DNA of 63,325 bases, the filler included, from Basidiobolus ranarum (taxonomy: Eukaryota): assembly GCA_040143965.1 (NCBI GenBank). It is 24 parts of 24 records of this genome, joined end to end, with 100 filler letters (N's around TTAATTAATTAA, not from the genome) between each part and the next. Parts side by side here need not be neighbours in the genome. Positions count along the whole stretch, not along the records: positions 10,614 to 13,164 come from JASJQH010010090.1; positions 13,265 to 15,812 come from JASJQH010010091.1; positions 15,913 to 18,459 come from JASJQH010010092.1; positions 18,560 to 21,105 come from JASJQH010010093.1; positions 21,206 to 23,751 come from JASJQH010010094.1; 19 more parts are not named here. One strand, 5' to 3'. A program made the translations under genes and the position numbers. Positions 10,614 through 21,454 of this stretch are shown piece by piece. The notes below the pieces were generated by a model. That model was given only the letters and a program-made list of their open reading frames with translations, made no database searches and was not told the DNA's origin. Position 1 is the first letter of the stretch. Every line of letters starts with the position of its first letter.

Positions 10614-12328
10614 ATGGCTATTTCTGATCGTATTTGAACTCCTGGTTTGGGATAAAGGTACTGCAACTTCTGGCATTGTATTGGGCACTTTAGCTGACAA
10701 AGTTTTGGTTGAAGGGTCTACAAGAATGCTATTTTCTTATTTGTTTTGGTTTGAATCAATTTGAATGATTGGATCAGAAGAAGATTGATGTTGGTCTTCA
10801 TCTGAGGTCATTTTGGGTGAAAGATATTGATTTTCATTGAACAAAACATCCCTGGACTTGATTAACATGCAAATTTTAGAATCAGAGAGTCTGTAGGCCT
10901 TAGTTTGAGTTCAACAACCCAGAAATATGCATTTTTTACTCTTTGGATCAAGTCTGGACCATTTTTGTCATAATTTTGACATAAGCAATGCATCCAAAGA
11001 TCTTCAAATGTTTTACATCAGGTTTAGCCTCAAACAAGCTTGATATAGTGTAGAGTTAGACAGACATCTAGTAAAACTCCTAGTTTGCAGATATACAGCT
11101 GTAGCAACATATTCTACCAAAAAATATAAGATAAACTTGATGCATTTAGCATATATCCTGCCATTTCTATTAAAGTCCTGTTAGCTATTTCAGCTACTCC
11201 ATTGTGCTGAGGTAAATAAGGGGCAATAGTCTCTTGCTTGATACCCTGAACTTTGCAAAAGTGCTTAAATGGTGTTGAAGTATATTCTCCATCCATCTTC
11301 AGTAAATATTTTCTTGGCTTTAGTTCCAGTTTAGTCTCCACTAGTGTTTTAAAATACCCAAAGATAGAGAGAACTTCTTAGTTTCTTTCAATGAAGTAGG
11401 CACAAGTGTATCTTGTATAATCATCAATAAATGTGATTGAATATCTTATTCCACCTAAAGATATATCTTGCATAGGTCCACACAAATATGAAAGAATTAG
11501 ATCCAATTTTTTGAGAGATTTGATTACACCAGAGCTGTTGAATGGCTGCCTGGCTTGTTTTCCATATATACAACCCTCACAAATTTCCATTTTTGTTGGG
11601 AGATTAATTTGAATTCCAGAAATTAGGCATTTTTTGATCATTTTACTCAAATAATCAAATCCACTATGCCAAATCTCTTATGCCATAATTGAGTTGTTTC
11701 CTGATTAGAATAACTTATATTTACATATAAACCTCTTGGTTCATATGTAAGTTTGTGGACTTGTTCTCTGTGATAGTGCCAGATTGTGCTGTATATATCT
11801 TGTTGAATAAAGTATTCTAAAATTTACGTGGCACAATTTGGCACTATCCATCACTCTCTGGCATGATCAATTTCAATCACATTTACTCTAATATGTTGAT
11901 CCAAGGTCTGATAAATCTTGGCACAATGGAACAAGTCCTGTGTACATTCCAATCCTTTTCTCTGTGGCTAAATAATTCCCATTTTGATCAGTGATGGTAC
12001 ATCCACCCTTCTGCAGTGGCCTTGCATACAGATATTAAATTCTTGGCAATATATGGAACATGTAGCAAATCCTTAAAAGTACATGCTTTCTGTTTAAAAG
12101 CTCTAGTTAAATTGACTTCAATTGTTCCCATTCCAATAGCATCCAACGTGCAATCATCTCCCAGGAAGACCTTTCTAATTTGGATTTCTTCATAATCCAC
12201 AAACCAATGCTTATCATTTGTGAAGCGCTGGGAGGCTCTAAAATCAATATACCATGTCTGAGAATCCTTGTTGGTAGCCATAGATAGAACAGTTATGACC
12301 AAGTGCTCTTCTGTTGTAACCATATTTC
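10614..12328 (-). mobile_element. Decayed Ty1/copia protease, GAG-pre-integrase and integrase
   Basis: WYIDFRASQR (decayed WxxDSGAS), ICEGCIYGKQAR, LCGPM, TFIDDYTRY, DGEYTS and PQHNGVAE. Confidence 0.93.
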
Positions 12329-12393
12329 TATTGAAGTTTATGGTCTTTATCATATTTGTTATCTCTATCTTTATACATCTAACTACTTCATAT

Positions 12394-12611
12394 TGTTGAA
12401 GTTTATTGTGTTTATCATATTTGTTATCTCTATCTTTATACACCTAACTATTTCATATATCACAAATAAGTTAGTTAACATTACTTAGTCAAATCTCACA
12501 AAGCTATTCACAACTCCACTTTTCTAAAGTTCCTCCAAACAGCCCATATTTTCCCAATGGTACTAAGCTATATATGACTATATAGGTGCTTAGGCAATGC
12601 TAATTTCAACA
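12394..12611 (-). mobile_element. Complete-ended 3' LTR (type B), nested in a second copy of the same LTR (12329-12393)
   Basis: TGTTG...CAACA termini. On the minus strand it is preceded by the purine-rich tract GATGGAGAG and RNase H coding sequence. Confidence 0.82.
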
Positions 12612-12988
12612 CTCTCCATCAACCAAACAGTCATATAAACTAATCTTAATGAAGGTCTAAATTTCTCAAATATCTAATTAGCTCAAGATTTGTTTAATAT
12701 ATCAGTAATCCTGTCTTCTGTAGAACAATAAGTTAAGTCAATAAGCTATTCTCTACAGTCTCTCTAATGAAGTGATGCTTAATATCTATATGTTTGCTTC
12801 TATTATGAAATGTGGGATTTTTAGCTAATTTGATACAACTTTGATTATCTTGCAATATTGTAGTTAGTGAATTTTGAGAATGATCTAAATCTGTTAAGAG
12901 TTTTCTTAACTATATTGCTTCTTTTGTTGCTGCACAGGCTGCCATGTGTTCTGCCTCTGTTGTTCAAGGAGCTATGGTAGGTTGTTTC
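12612..12988 (-). mobile_element. Ty1/copia RNase H remnant
   Basis: MAACAATKEAI*LRKLLTDL...DNQSCIKLAKNPTFHNRSKHIDIKHHFIRE. Confidence 0.92.
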
Positions 12989-13164
12989 TGTTGAAAGTCT
13001 GGTGACTTGGGGTACAAGCAGTAATTCCCAAAGAGGAAAATATGGAGTATGGTGACTACATCTGAACACAAAGTCTAAGGCCAATCAGTTGCTTCTATAG
13101 CTGAAATGCTAAAGTACCATACATTGACAGACTAGGTTAAGGTTCCCTAGCAATATAGGCATAG
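12989..13164 (+). mobile_element. LTR type A terminus
   Basis: Matches 2446-2555 and 42095-42237, and interrupts the RNase H region. Confidence 0.8.
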
Positions 13165-13264
13165 NNNNNNNNNNNNNNNNNNNNNNNNNNNNNNNNNNNN
13201 NNNNNNNNTTAATTAATTAANNNNNNNNNNNNNNNNNNNNNNNNNNNNNNNNNNNNNNNNNNNN

Positions 13265-13375
13265 CAATTAGAGCAATAAACACACGTTTTTGAATAACAG
13301 AATTGAGTGCTAAATAATCAGAATATGAATAAACTAACTACTAAATAATGAGTTGCTATTTACCTAATTTCAACA
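13265..13375. mobile_element. LTR type D terminus
   Basis: Ends CTAATTTCAACA and matches 43208-43318. Confidence 0.78.
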
Positions 13376-13454
13376 TAAATACCATCAAGATACCATCAAG
13401 AAATCACCATCACACCATCAGAATCCCTGGCAGAATGCAAGTCATCATGAATTA

Positions 13455-15579
13455 GACCAATAGATCTCTTTTGGTGTTCCTGATAGCTTCATCATTAGTG
13501 GTAGCTACAATCAGATCATCTACATATAAGGCAAGTAGCATCTTACTGTCCTTATATGTCTTAAAGTAGATCCAAAAATCTGCTGTACTCTTTTTGAAAT
13601 CAAGTAATTCCAAGTGTTTGTCTATCTTAGTGTACCAGGCCCTGGGTGATTGATTACATCTGTAAAGTGATTCTTATAGCTTACACAAATCCTCAGGGTG
13701 CTCAGGATCCACAAAACCATCTGGTTGATCCAAGAATATATCCTCTTCCAAGTCCCCATTCAAAAAAGCAGTTTTAACATCCATTTGATGGATTTTTAAG
13801 CTGTTTTTTGCTGGCACTGCTAGAACAGTTCTGATGGATTTAAACATTGCTACAGGAGTAAATGTTTCATTGTTGTCCACTCCTTCCATTTGACAGTATT
13901 CCTTAGCCACAAGTCTGGCTTTATATCTTTCTACATATCTATTAGCTTGCTGTTGAGCTTTAAATACCTATTTGGATGCAATTAATTTTTGGTCATCAGG
14001 TAACTTGACCAAAGTCCATGTTTCATTATCTACGAGTGACTGATATTCCTCTGCCATTGCAGCACTCCAAAACTCTATGTTGGGACTCTCCATAGCCTCC
14101 TGTACTGATTTAGGCTCATCAAAAAAGGCTAAATTAGCACTGGGCTCCTTTTGGCTATTGTGAGAGTAGTAATCAGGTGGAGATCTCACTGGATTGGATC
14201 TCCTAAGATGGGAAATTGCCACTACAACTTCTGGTACCAATTTAGGCAATGAAACCATCTCAGGCTTGGTTGAGGAGACTTCAGGTGAGGAATTTTCAAT
14301 GTTTTCTCACTGATAAGGATCTGGTGAGAGAAAGAAGTATTTTCCTCATGTTTTAGTTGTTTTTGTTGTTCCTGGATTGTTTTGATTGAAAATATTTCTT
14401 TGTCAGCAAATTCCACATCCCTTAACTTGATTAGACTCTAATTTTCAGTGGCATATAGATGTACCCTTTTGTTCCATTATAATTTTCCAAAAAACAACAT
14501 TTCTGGCTTTTTCAGTCTAGTTTTGATCTCTTCTGGTCTGGAATCATTTCATATGTGATACTTCCAAAAACTCTGAGATTAGGCACATCGGGCTTACCTC
14601 CAAACCAAACTGGATTAGGTGTCACAGCCAATAGAGACCTAGAAGGACATTGATTCCTAATATATACTGCAGATGCCACCAATTCAGTACAGAACTGTTT
14701 TAGTAAATCTTGATCATGAAGCATTGATCTTACCTTTCCGTTATTGATCTGCTGGCACATTCTGCTACTCCATTCTGCTGTGGGAAATATGGAACTGTAG
14801 TCTTCTGCTTTATCTCATGTGTTGAGCAAAAGTTAGAGAAGAGTGTTGAGGTATATTTCCCTCCATTATCAGTATGGAGAATCTTAATCTTTAGTCCTTT
14901 TTCAGTCTCCACCATTGCTTTGAATTTCTTGAAGGTTTCATAGGCTTCATCCTTGTTGGCCTGAAAGTACACCCAATAAACTATGTCTTATTATCAAGAA
15001 AGGTCATAAAGTACCTTTTCAGCCTAAGGATTTTGTCTTCATTGGGCTACACATATTTAAGTGTATCAGGCCCAATTTTGATCAATTTTGCTTATTTGAC
15101 AGCCCACAAATGGCTGTCTGTGTTGCCTACCATATGGGCAATCATCACATAGCTCCAGATCCAGTGGAATTACAAAAATAGTCCCAAAATCATTGTGTTT
15201 TTGATTAGATATCTCATATTTTCAGCTTCTAGATGACCTGATCTCCTATGCTAGATTTTCAGTCTATCGCTTCAGCAGTGGCAGTGTTAACTTGTTCAAA
15301 TATTGGCCAACATAATGAAGTTTATACAGGTTATTTTGCTTGGCTCCCATAACTATGTAATTCCCTTTTTGATCACTGATTGTACAGCCATTTTGATCAA
15401 AATTAAGGCTATATCCCCCTCATGTAGCTTTACTCACTGAAAACAAATATTTTACTATCCCAGGCTCATATAGCACATTTTTCAGTGTCAAATAAATGTC
15501 ACCAGAGATGCCCCTAAGATCCACTTCAACTTCTTGCACTCCCAGAGCTTCTAGTGGCCAGTCATCTCCCATATAAACC
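13455..15579 (-). mobile_element. Decayed Ty1/copia pol (same family as 5794-7861)
   Basis: [29 protein letters not shown] and VPYFPQQNGVAE. Shares the linker LPKLVPEVVV...RSPPDYYSH with contig 3. Confidence 0.96.
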
Positions 15580-15812
15580 TGTTGCAGGATCTTGACATAA
15601 TGGGGGTAGACTTCAAGTATTAGAAGCAACTTATAATAGTGTGTTTTAGTCAGTTTATTCTTAAGAGTATATGGTGACTTTTATAGTTGAAAAGTAAATC
15701 AATTGTTTGAGATATTCAGGAGTTTGTGTAACAAGATATAATAGATAAGTGGGGGTAATAAGATATACTTGTTATATAGATATAGAGATATTCCTATTTA
15801 GAATATAGGGGC
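15580..15812 (-). mobile_element. LTR type C terminus
   Basis: Reverse complement of 18560-18762. Both copies end ...ATGTCAAGATCCT(C/G)CAACA and interrupt copia coding sequence. Confidence 0.78.
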
Positions 15813-15914
15813 NNNNNNNNNNNNNNNNNNNNNNNNNNNNNNNNNNNNNNNNNNNNTTAATTAATTAANNNNNNNNNNNNNNNNNNNNNNNNNNNNNNNN
15901 NNNNNNNNNNNNTA

Positions 15915-16318
15915 ACCGTCGCTTCCAGTAAGTGGTTCTATTCGTTATCAGTTAGGAGACTCTTGCTAACCTTTTTATTATAGTTTTCATTTTCGTTGCT
16001 TTCTTTGCCGTCGGTCTTGGCCCAGTTCCTTTCCTTATCATGACTGAGTTGATGCCTACCAATGCTGTTTCCGGTACCACCAGTACAGCCCTCGCCATCA
16101 ACTGGCTCTCTAATTTCGTCATCGGTCTCATTTTCCCTGCTGTTTCTGATGCCATCCACGGATACATCTTCTTGATTTTCGCAGGTTGTTGCGCCGTTGG
16201 ATTCTTCGCAACCCTCTTGTTTGTAAAAGAAACAAAGGGTAAGAGTATCGAAGAATTGACCTCCAGAAACAGAAACAGAGAAGGAGAAGAGTTGAATGGT
16301 GCTAAGAGAAAGAATTAG
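15915..16318 (+). CDS. MFS sugar-porter family transporter, C-terminal part
   Basis: FAVGLGPVPFLIMTELMP...AINWLSNFVIGLIFP...FVKETKGKSIEEL contains the sugar-porter GPVPW, NW and PETKG-type motifs. Intron 15928-15983. Confidence 0.93.
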
Positions 16319-18170
16319 ATCTCTCACCATAGATTAATATTATTTAGATTTAACGCATTATGTGATATTAGAATCCTATTACCATTAATAACCAAGTTGT
16401 ATTTGGCCAAGTAAAATATATTTCATCCATTAATTACTCGTTTGCTCATGATGGCCATTAGTTTATGCTTGTGGTATATGACTGCTGTCTTAATGCCGCA
16501 GGTGGTTCTTGTGAACACGTTTTCCTAAAATGGCATTGATTATAACTTAACTCGGTAAACGCACCAATGAAAATTGATTTTGAAGAATCAATACCAACTG
16601 GGGCGATTCCGTCACGAGATTGCTTGTAGATTTGGGACTCGACTACTTTGTCCGTACAAGACTTATGGGAACATATCCCGCATAAATACCCAAGTTTTCT
16701 TGGAATTCCGAGAACCCATCAGTGGCACCCAAAAGAAGCCCCAATTCATCCAAATCAAAGCTAAAAGTAGCTTCGAAATTTCCAACTCCTTGTCTTATTA
16801 GGCCATTATTGGGTTCCAATCGGTAAACAAACTGTGTTTTCGCATTTGATGCAGCTGGGTTTAGTCACAGCTGGGTAGCATGTATGGATTATCTTAGCAA
16901 AAATATTTTTGCGTAATCAGGATCAGATCCCACAATATCAAGTCAGAAAACAGTCATGATACCATTAGTTTGGATTATATTAGGTATTTAACAGTTTACT
17001 TTTACCAATGACAACAGCTGGCGTCATCCTACCCAAATCAGTGAAATCTCATTTCTTAGTAAGCAAGTCCTGTTGTTACCAAAAATGGAACAACAATGAA
17101 AATTGAAAACGGCTGACTAACAAAGAATGAATCTTAAACCACTACTTTATAGAAATATAATTATCCAATTCAATATTAACGAGTTAACATATGAATACAA
17201 AGATGCCTCAGGGTTGGTGCCTATTAATAGACATCATCTGTATTCTAATATTTCCCCTCAGAACTTTACTCCCAGAGAACATAGAACCATGCTCCCAAGA
17301 GTACAATTTCTTTTCTTTTATCCTAAAGTGGGATTATAATTGCTTTTGCAATAATCATATTGTCATAGTATGTATTAATCAAAGTTGTTGCATGATTGTG
17401 ATAAAGATCATAGCAAGAAGCATTGTATCCGGCAAGCTTATTCAACTACAGTCATAAAATAATTTCTTGACATAACTATAATTGTCAACTTTCAAAGCAA
17501 TAAATCAATAAATAATGGTGTTAGCGGACTTTAAACTTGGTGTCAGCAAGTGCATTTAGTAAAGAAAGATAACTTTATTTCCTTCTCATTGTAACCATAT
17601 GGGTGTAATAGTGGCTGTTCTGTTAGTATAAGTAACGATAAAATAGCACCCTTGAATATTTGAATATGTGAGAAAGAAGAAACAAAATAACACCACATTT
17701 CCGTGGCATCAAGTAGAAGGGTAGCACACAGGATAGTTCACCTGCAGAGAAACACATGAACCCTAAATATTACCAACACTGAAATTTCGATGCTTTCACC
17801 TATCACGTTAAATTAAAGGATTTCAGTACAAAATCAGCCTCGATTCTGGCGTTAACGCATGCATGCTCTCTCAAGTTGGATATACGTCAAAGCCATCAGG
17901 ATCCGAACTACATAGAAGCATGAAAACATAATTGAAACTTGATAGAAACTGCAGTGTGGAGTGTGGTGTTAACAATCACTTTAATATGGATCTTACCCCG
18001 TGCATACGCATCACTGAAATAGGAGAAATAGAGGAGTAGAAGGGTAAGTAAAATCTAGAATACAGGACTATAAAAGAAACCTACAATACACTAAAGAATT
18101 TCACTAAAATATCTTTCTTAGATTCAATAGAAATAACCTTAAATTATCAACAACATATCAACGCTTAACA

Positions 18171-18459
18171 ATGAAATTTTCCGCTCCCAAATTATTATGC
18201 CTTCTTTCTGGACTCGCCGCCATCAATGCAGCTGCACTAAACCCAAGGTTACGAGCAAGAGGCGAAGGATCATACAACGTTAAGGATCTATTTAACGGAG
18301 GTGATGGCAATGGAGGAGATAATGGCAACGGCAGCGGCGGTAATGGAGCTGGCGCCTATGATGCTGGAAAGGGTGCAAATGGCAACGGTGGGGCTGGTAA
18401 TGGTGGTGACAATGGCAACGGCGGTAACGGAGCTGGTGCATATGATGCTAGAAAGGGGG
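18171..18459 (+). CDS. Secreted Gly/Asn-rich repeat protein (3'-truncated)
   Basis: Signal peptide MKFSAPKLLCLLSGLAAINA, basic RLRAR, then repeats of GNGGDNGNG..GNGAGAYDA(G/R)KG. TATAAAA at ~18069. Confidence 0.85.
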
Positions 18460-18559
18460 NNNNNNNNNNNNNNNNNNNNNNNNNNNNNNNNNNNNNNNNN
18501 NNNTTAATTAATTAANNNNNNNNNNNNNNNNNNNNNNNNNNNNNNNNNNNNNNNNNNNN

Positions 18560-18762
18560 TATCTATATAACAAGTATATCTTATTGCCCCCACTTATCTA
18601 TTATATCTTATTACACAAACTCCTGAATATCTCAAACAATTGATTTACTTTTCTACTATATAAATCACCATATACTCTTAAGAATAAAGTAACTAAAATA
18701 CACTATCATAAGTTGCTTCTAATACTCCAAGTCTACGCCCATTATGTCAAGATCCTCCAACA
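18560..18762 (+). mobile_element. LTR type C terminus inserted in a copia gag
   Basis: Ends CAACA and matches the reverse complement of 15580-15790. Confidence 0.78.
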
Positions 18763-19436
18763 GGTAGGTGTCTTCCAAGGCTTTCCATACCTTCTTGGCA
18801 GTTTTAGCTCTTGAATGTTGAATTAGCAATTTGTCTTTAACAATAAGACAAATTGTGTTAAAGGCACTTAGTTCTTTTTTAACCTGGAGTAAAACTTTGG
18901 TTTCAGATAGTTTTGCATTGTTTTCTTTTCCTAAAACAGTGTCCCAAAGTCCTTTTTCTTGCAGCAGCATTTTCATTTTGATTTTCCAAACTTGCTAATT
19001 GGTTCCATCCAATTTTTCAGAAGAAGGAAAAGTTCCATGAATTTGAGAAGTAGACATTACAGAGAGTGCAAGCTTGGGGCTCATAACCTGTTAAAGTGTT
19101 TGGGAGCCTGTTGGAAGTGGTTTGGAGAATTAGAGGAATTGGTGGTTTTCACTTATTGATTTATTGAGTAGAAAGTTGACCTTTATGGTTTTGTCACAAT
19201 GTAAACAAACTAACATGCAGAATATGTTAAGGAAGGTCCCGGGAACATGTGTGCAAAGTTTGGGGCTTCTAGCACAAGTTTGAAAAATCTATATATCTGA
19301 GAGCTTCTAAGTTGGTAAAAATATTCTAAGTAAATTCCAATTGAGAATAATTGATAATATCTTGGTGAATTATAAGATAACTAAGTACTAAGCTATATAT
19401 GACTATAAAGGTGTTTAGGCAATGCTAATTACAACA
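18763..19436 (-). mobile_element. Ty1/copia 5' LTR (19089-19436), PBS (19075-19088) and gag N-terminus
   Basis: LTR TGTTG...TTAACA is followed directly by GGTTATGAGCCCCA, then EKLDGTN*QVWKIKMKMLLQEKGLWDTV...TAKKVWKALEDTY (copia gag N-terminus). Confidence 0.9.
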
Positions 19437-20465
19437 CTATGTTCTTGCTATTCGAGAACATTCCATTACTACTTATTCAGCTGTATAGTGAAAAGTTCAA
19501 TCTGAATGAGCTATATGTTATAGGATAAGAGTTTGAATTGATTAGAATATGCTTGAAACAATCAAGATTCCATCATATTGCACCAGAACTCCCATCAATA
19601 TCCACTCATCCATGAATTTACTTTGATGCAAAAATTGGAAGTATTGTATGTGTATATATTCAAGTGGAATCTTGAAAAGATTTCTGCCTGATAAGTATTG
19701 GCTACATTGGTAGTTGTTTGTGGACATTGTCCATATATTCATATGGCATCAACTGGCATTGCCAGATCTCAGGCCAATAAAGTAACTGTGCAAAGATTTT
19801 GTATTTGCATATGAGAAATATTATTACTGGTTAAGTAGATAGACTGAATCTATGCTGGTATTCAATACATTCCCTGCTGCATCTTTCACAATGCTTGGAG
19901 ATTATAGGCCCTTGCTATACACCCTGGGAGTTCCCAATGAAGTGTGCTTGCAGTGAAATGATGCTCCATGTGAAATTGTCAATATTACCAAATGCTAATC
20001 TGATTAACAATGTACCAGCAAAATCATTGATGGATGTAATGCCATGGGTTATGGAGACTCCAGACTACATATCCTTCCATCAAATGGCTCTTTTCAATGT
20101 GCCCATGGGTTTTTGTATTGTTTGGGCACAATAACAGCAACAAAACCCATTCCATGGATACAGCATAAGTACCTCTATAATTCATACTATTTTGTTTGTG
20201 TAATAATATGATGGTATTTCTAGAAAAGCTGCCAGACAGACTTCATGGTGAGATAGATTGTTGTATTTAGTTTTATAATTTTAGCCATGAGGTAATCTAT
20301 GCAAGCAATGACACTTCTACTAGTAGCAGGACATTTGTTGACTGCAAGTTGGGGATATTTTGGCTAAATTCTTTATGGAAATTTGCCAAAAATCCTAGAG
20401 CTTATTCACATTGTCAATAGTAACCAGAGTCAGCTATTTGCCAAGTGTCTGTGCTACTTTAAATG
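19437..20465 (+). mobile_element. Decayed CACTA/EnSpm-like transposase 3' region
   Basis: Colinear with 48865-49840; contains EIIGPCYTPWEFPM. Confidence 0.85.
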
Positions 20466-21105
20466 AGTCTTCTATCCAGCAGCAGGTACTAAGATTCCAA
20501 TGTTCAATAGAGAAGAATTGCTAGAATGGGAATTCCAGATGCTACTTGTCCTTAATGGGAAACATGCTTAGGAAGAAGTTTGATCAGATGAAGAAGAAGA
20601 AAGTATAGATTCTGACACTAGAGCAATGAAGCCAACATGTGAAGAAGCAAGGGCAACATTGAAAGGAAAAGGCAGTTTGGCACTTGAGGATATATCTCTG
20701 AGAGTGGAAATCAACAGCCCATATAGTTGGAGATGCTGACTCTGCCAAGAATGCATGGGAAATCCTAGTGGAACATCATGACCAAAAAGGGCCTGCTCAC
20801 TTGATGATGCAACAAAAGTGCTTCTTAAGCTCTGCAAGGTTTGAGGACTCAGATATTATTACATATGGGAATGGTGTCAAGAAACTTGCCAACCAACCAG
20901 AATCAGCCAATTACAAAATACCAAATATGGATAAAATTTTATTGTAATGATGGTCTCCCTAAGCATATTTAGCCCTAGTGCTCACTTAAGAAGCAATTGG
21001 GTATAAGCTGACTCACCATTCTCTGATCACTTGTCTATACCAAAAGAAATTCAAGGTAAAGACAAAAGTCAGCTCACAAAGAAACAAAAACTGCACATGT
21101 AACTA
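20466..21105 (+). mobile_element. Decayed copia-type gag remnant
   Basis: KIPMFNREELLEWEFQMLLVL...AHIVGDADSAKNAWEILVEHHDQKG resembles copia gag (UBN2-type). Confidence 0.55.
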
Positions 21106-21205
21106 NNNNNNNNNNNNNNNNNNNNNNNNNNNNNNNNNNNNNNNNNNNNTTAATTAATTAANNNNNNNNNNNNNNNNNNNNNNNNNNNNNNNNNNNNNNN
21201 NNNNN

Positions 21206-21454
21206 CACAGTTCCTTGAACAATTTCTTTGTTGGGATTGGGACAACAGAAGCAACCAGGGATTGAACCAAGAGCACCGAAAAACTCTCCTAACGACTGCA
21301 TAGTGACACCATAGAAGCCAGTTACTGGCTCAACGGGCATTTCCTTTGCGAAAGATTTCTTCATAACATTGGTAGTTGGTTGTTGATTTACCATCTGTTG
21401 AGTGGCATTTTTGTTATCACTTTGAGGAGGAATTTGAGGTTTGGAAGCGCTCAT
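21206..21454 (-). CDS. Stomatin/SPFH (band 7) family protein, N-terminus (truncated)
   Basis: FYGVTMQSLGEFFGALGSIPGCFCCPNPNKEIVQGTV matches the G-x-IP-x-C-x-CCPNP...V-x-QG leader of fungal stomatin-like proteins. Confidence 0.82.

Noticed and set aside
15938-16330. Minus-strand ORFs over the sugar transporter (likewise 29405-29722, 47243-47566, 51838-52122)
   Set aside because: Antisense shadows of better-supported genes on the opposite strand.
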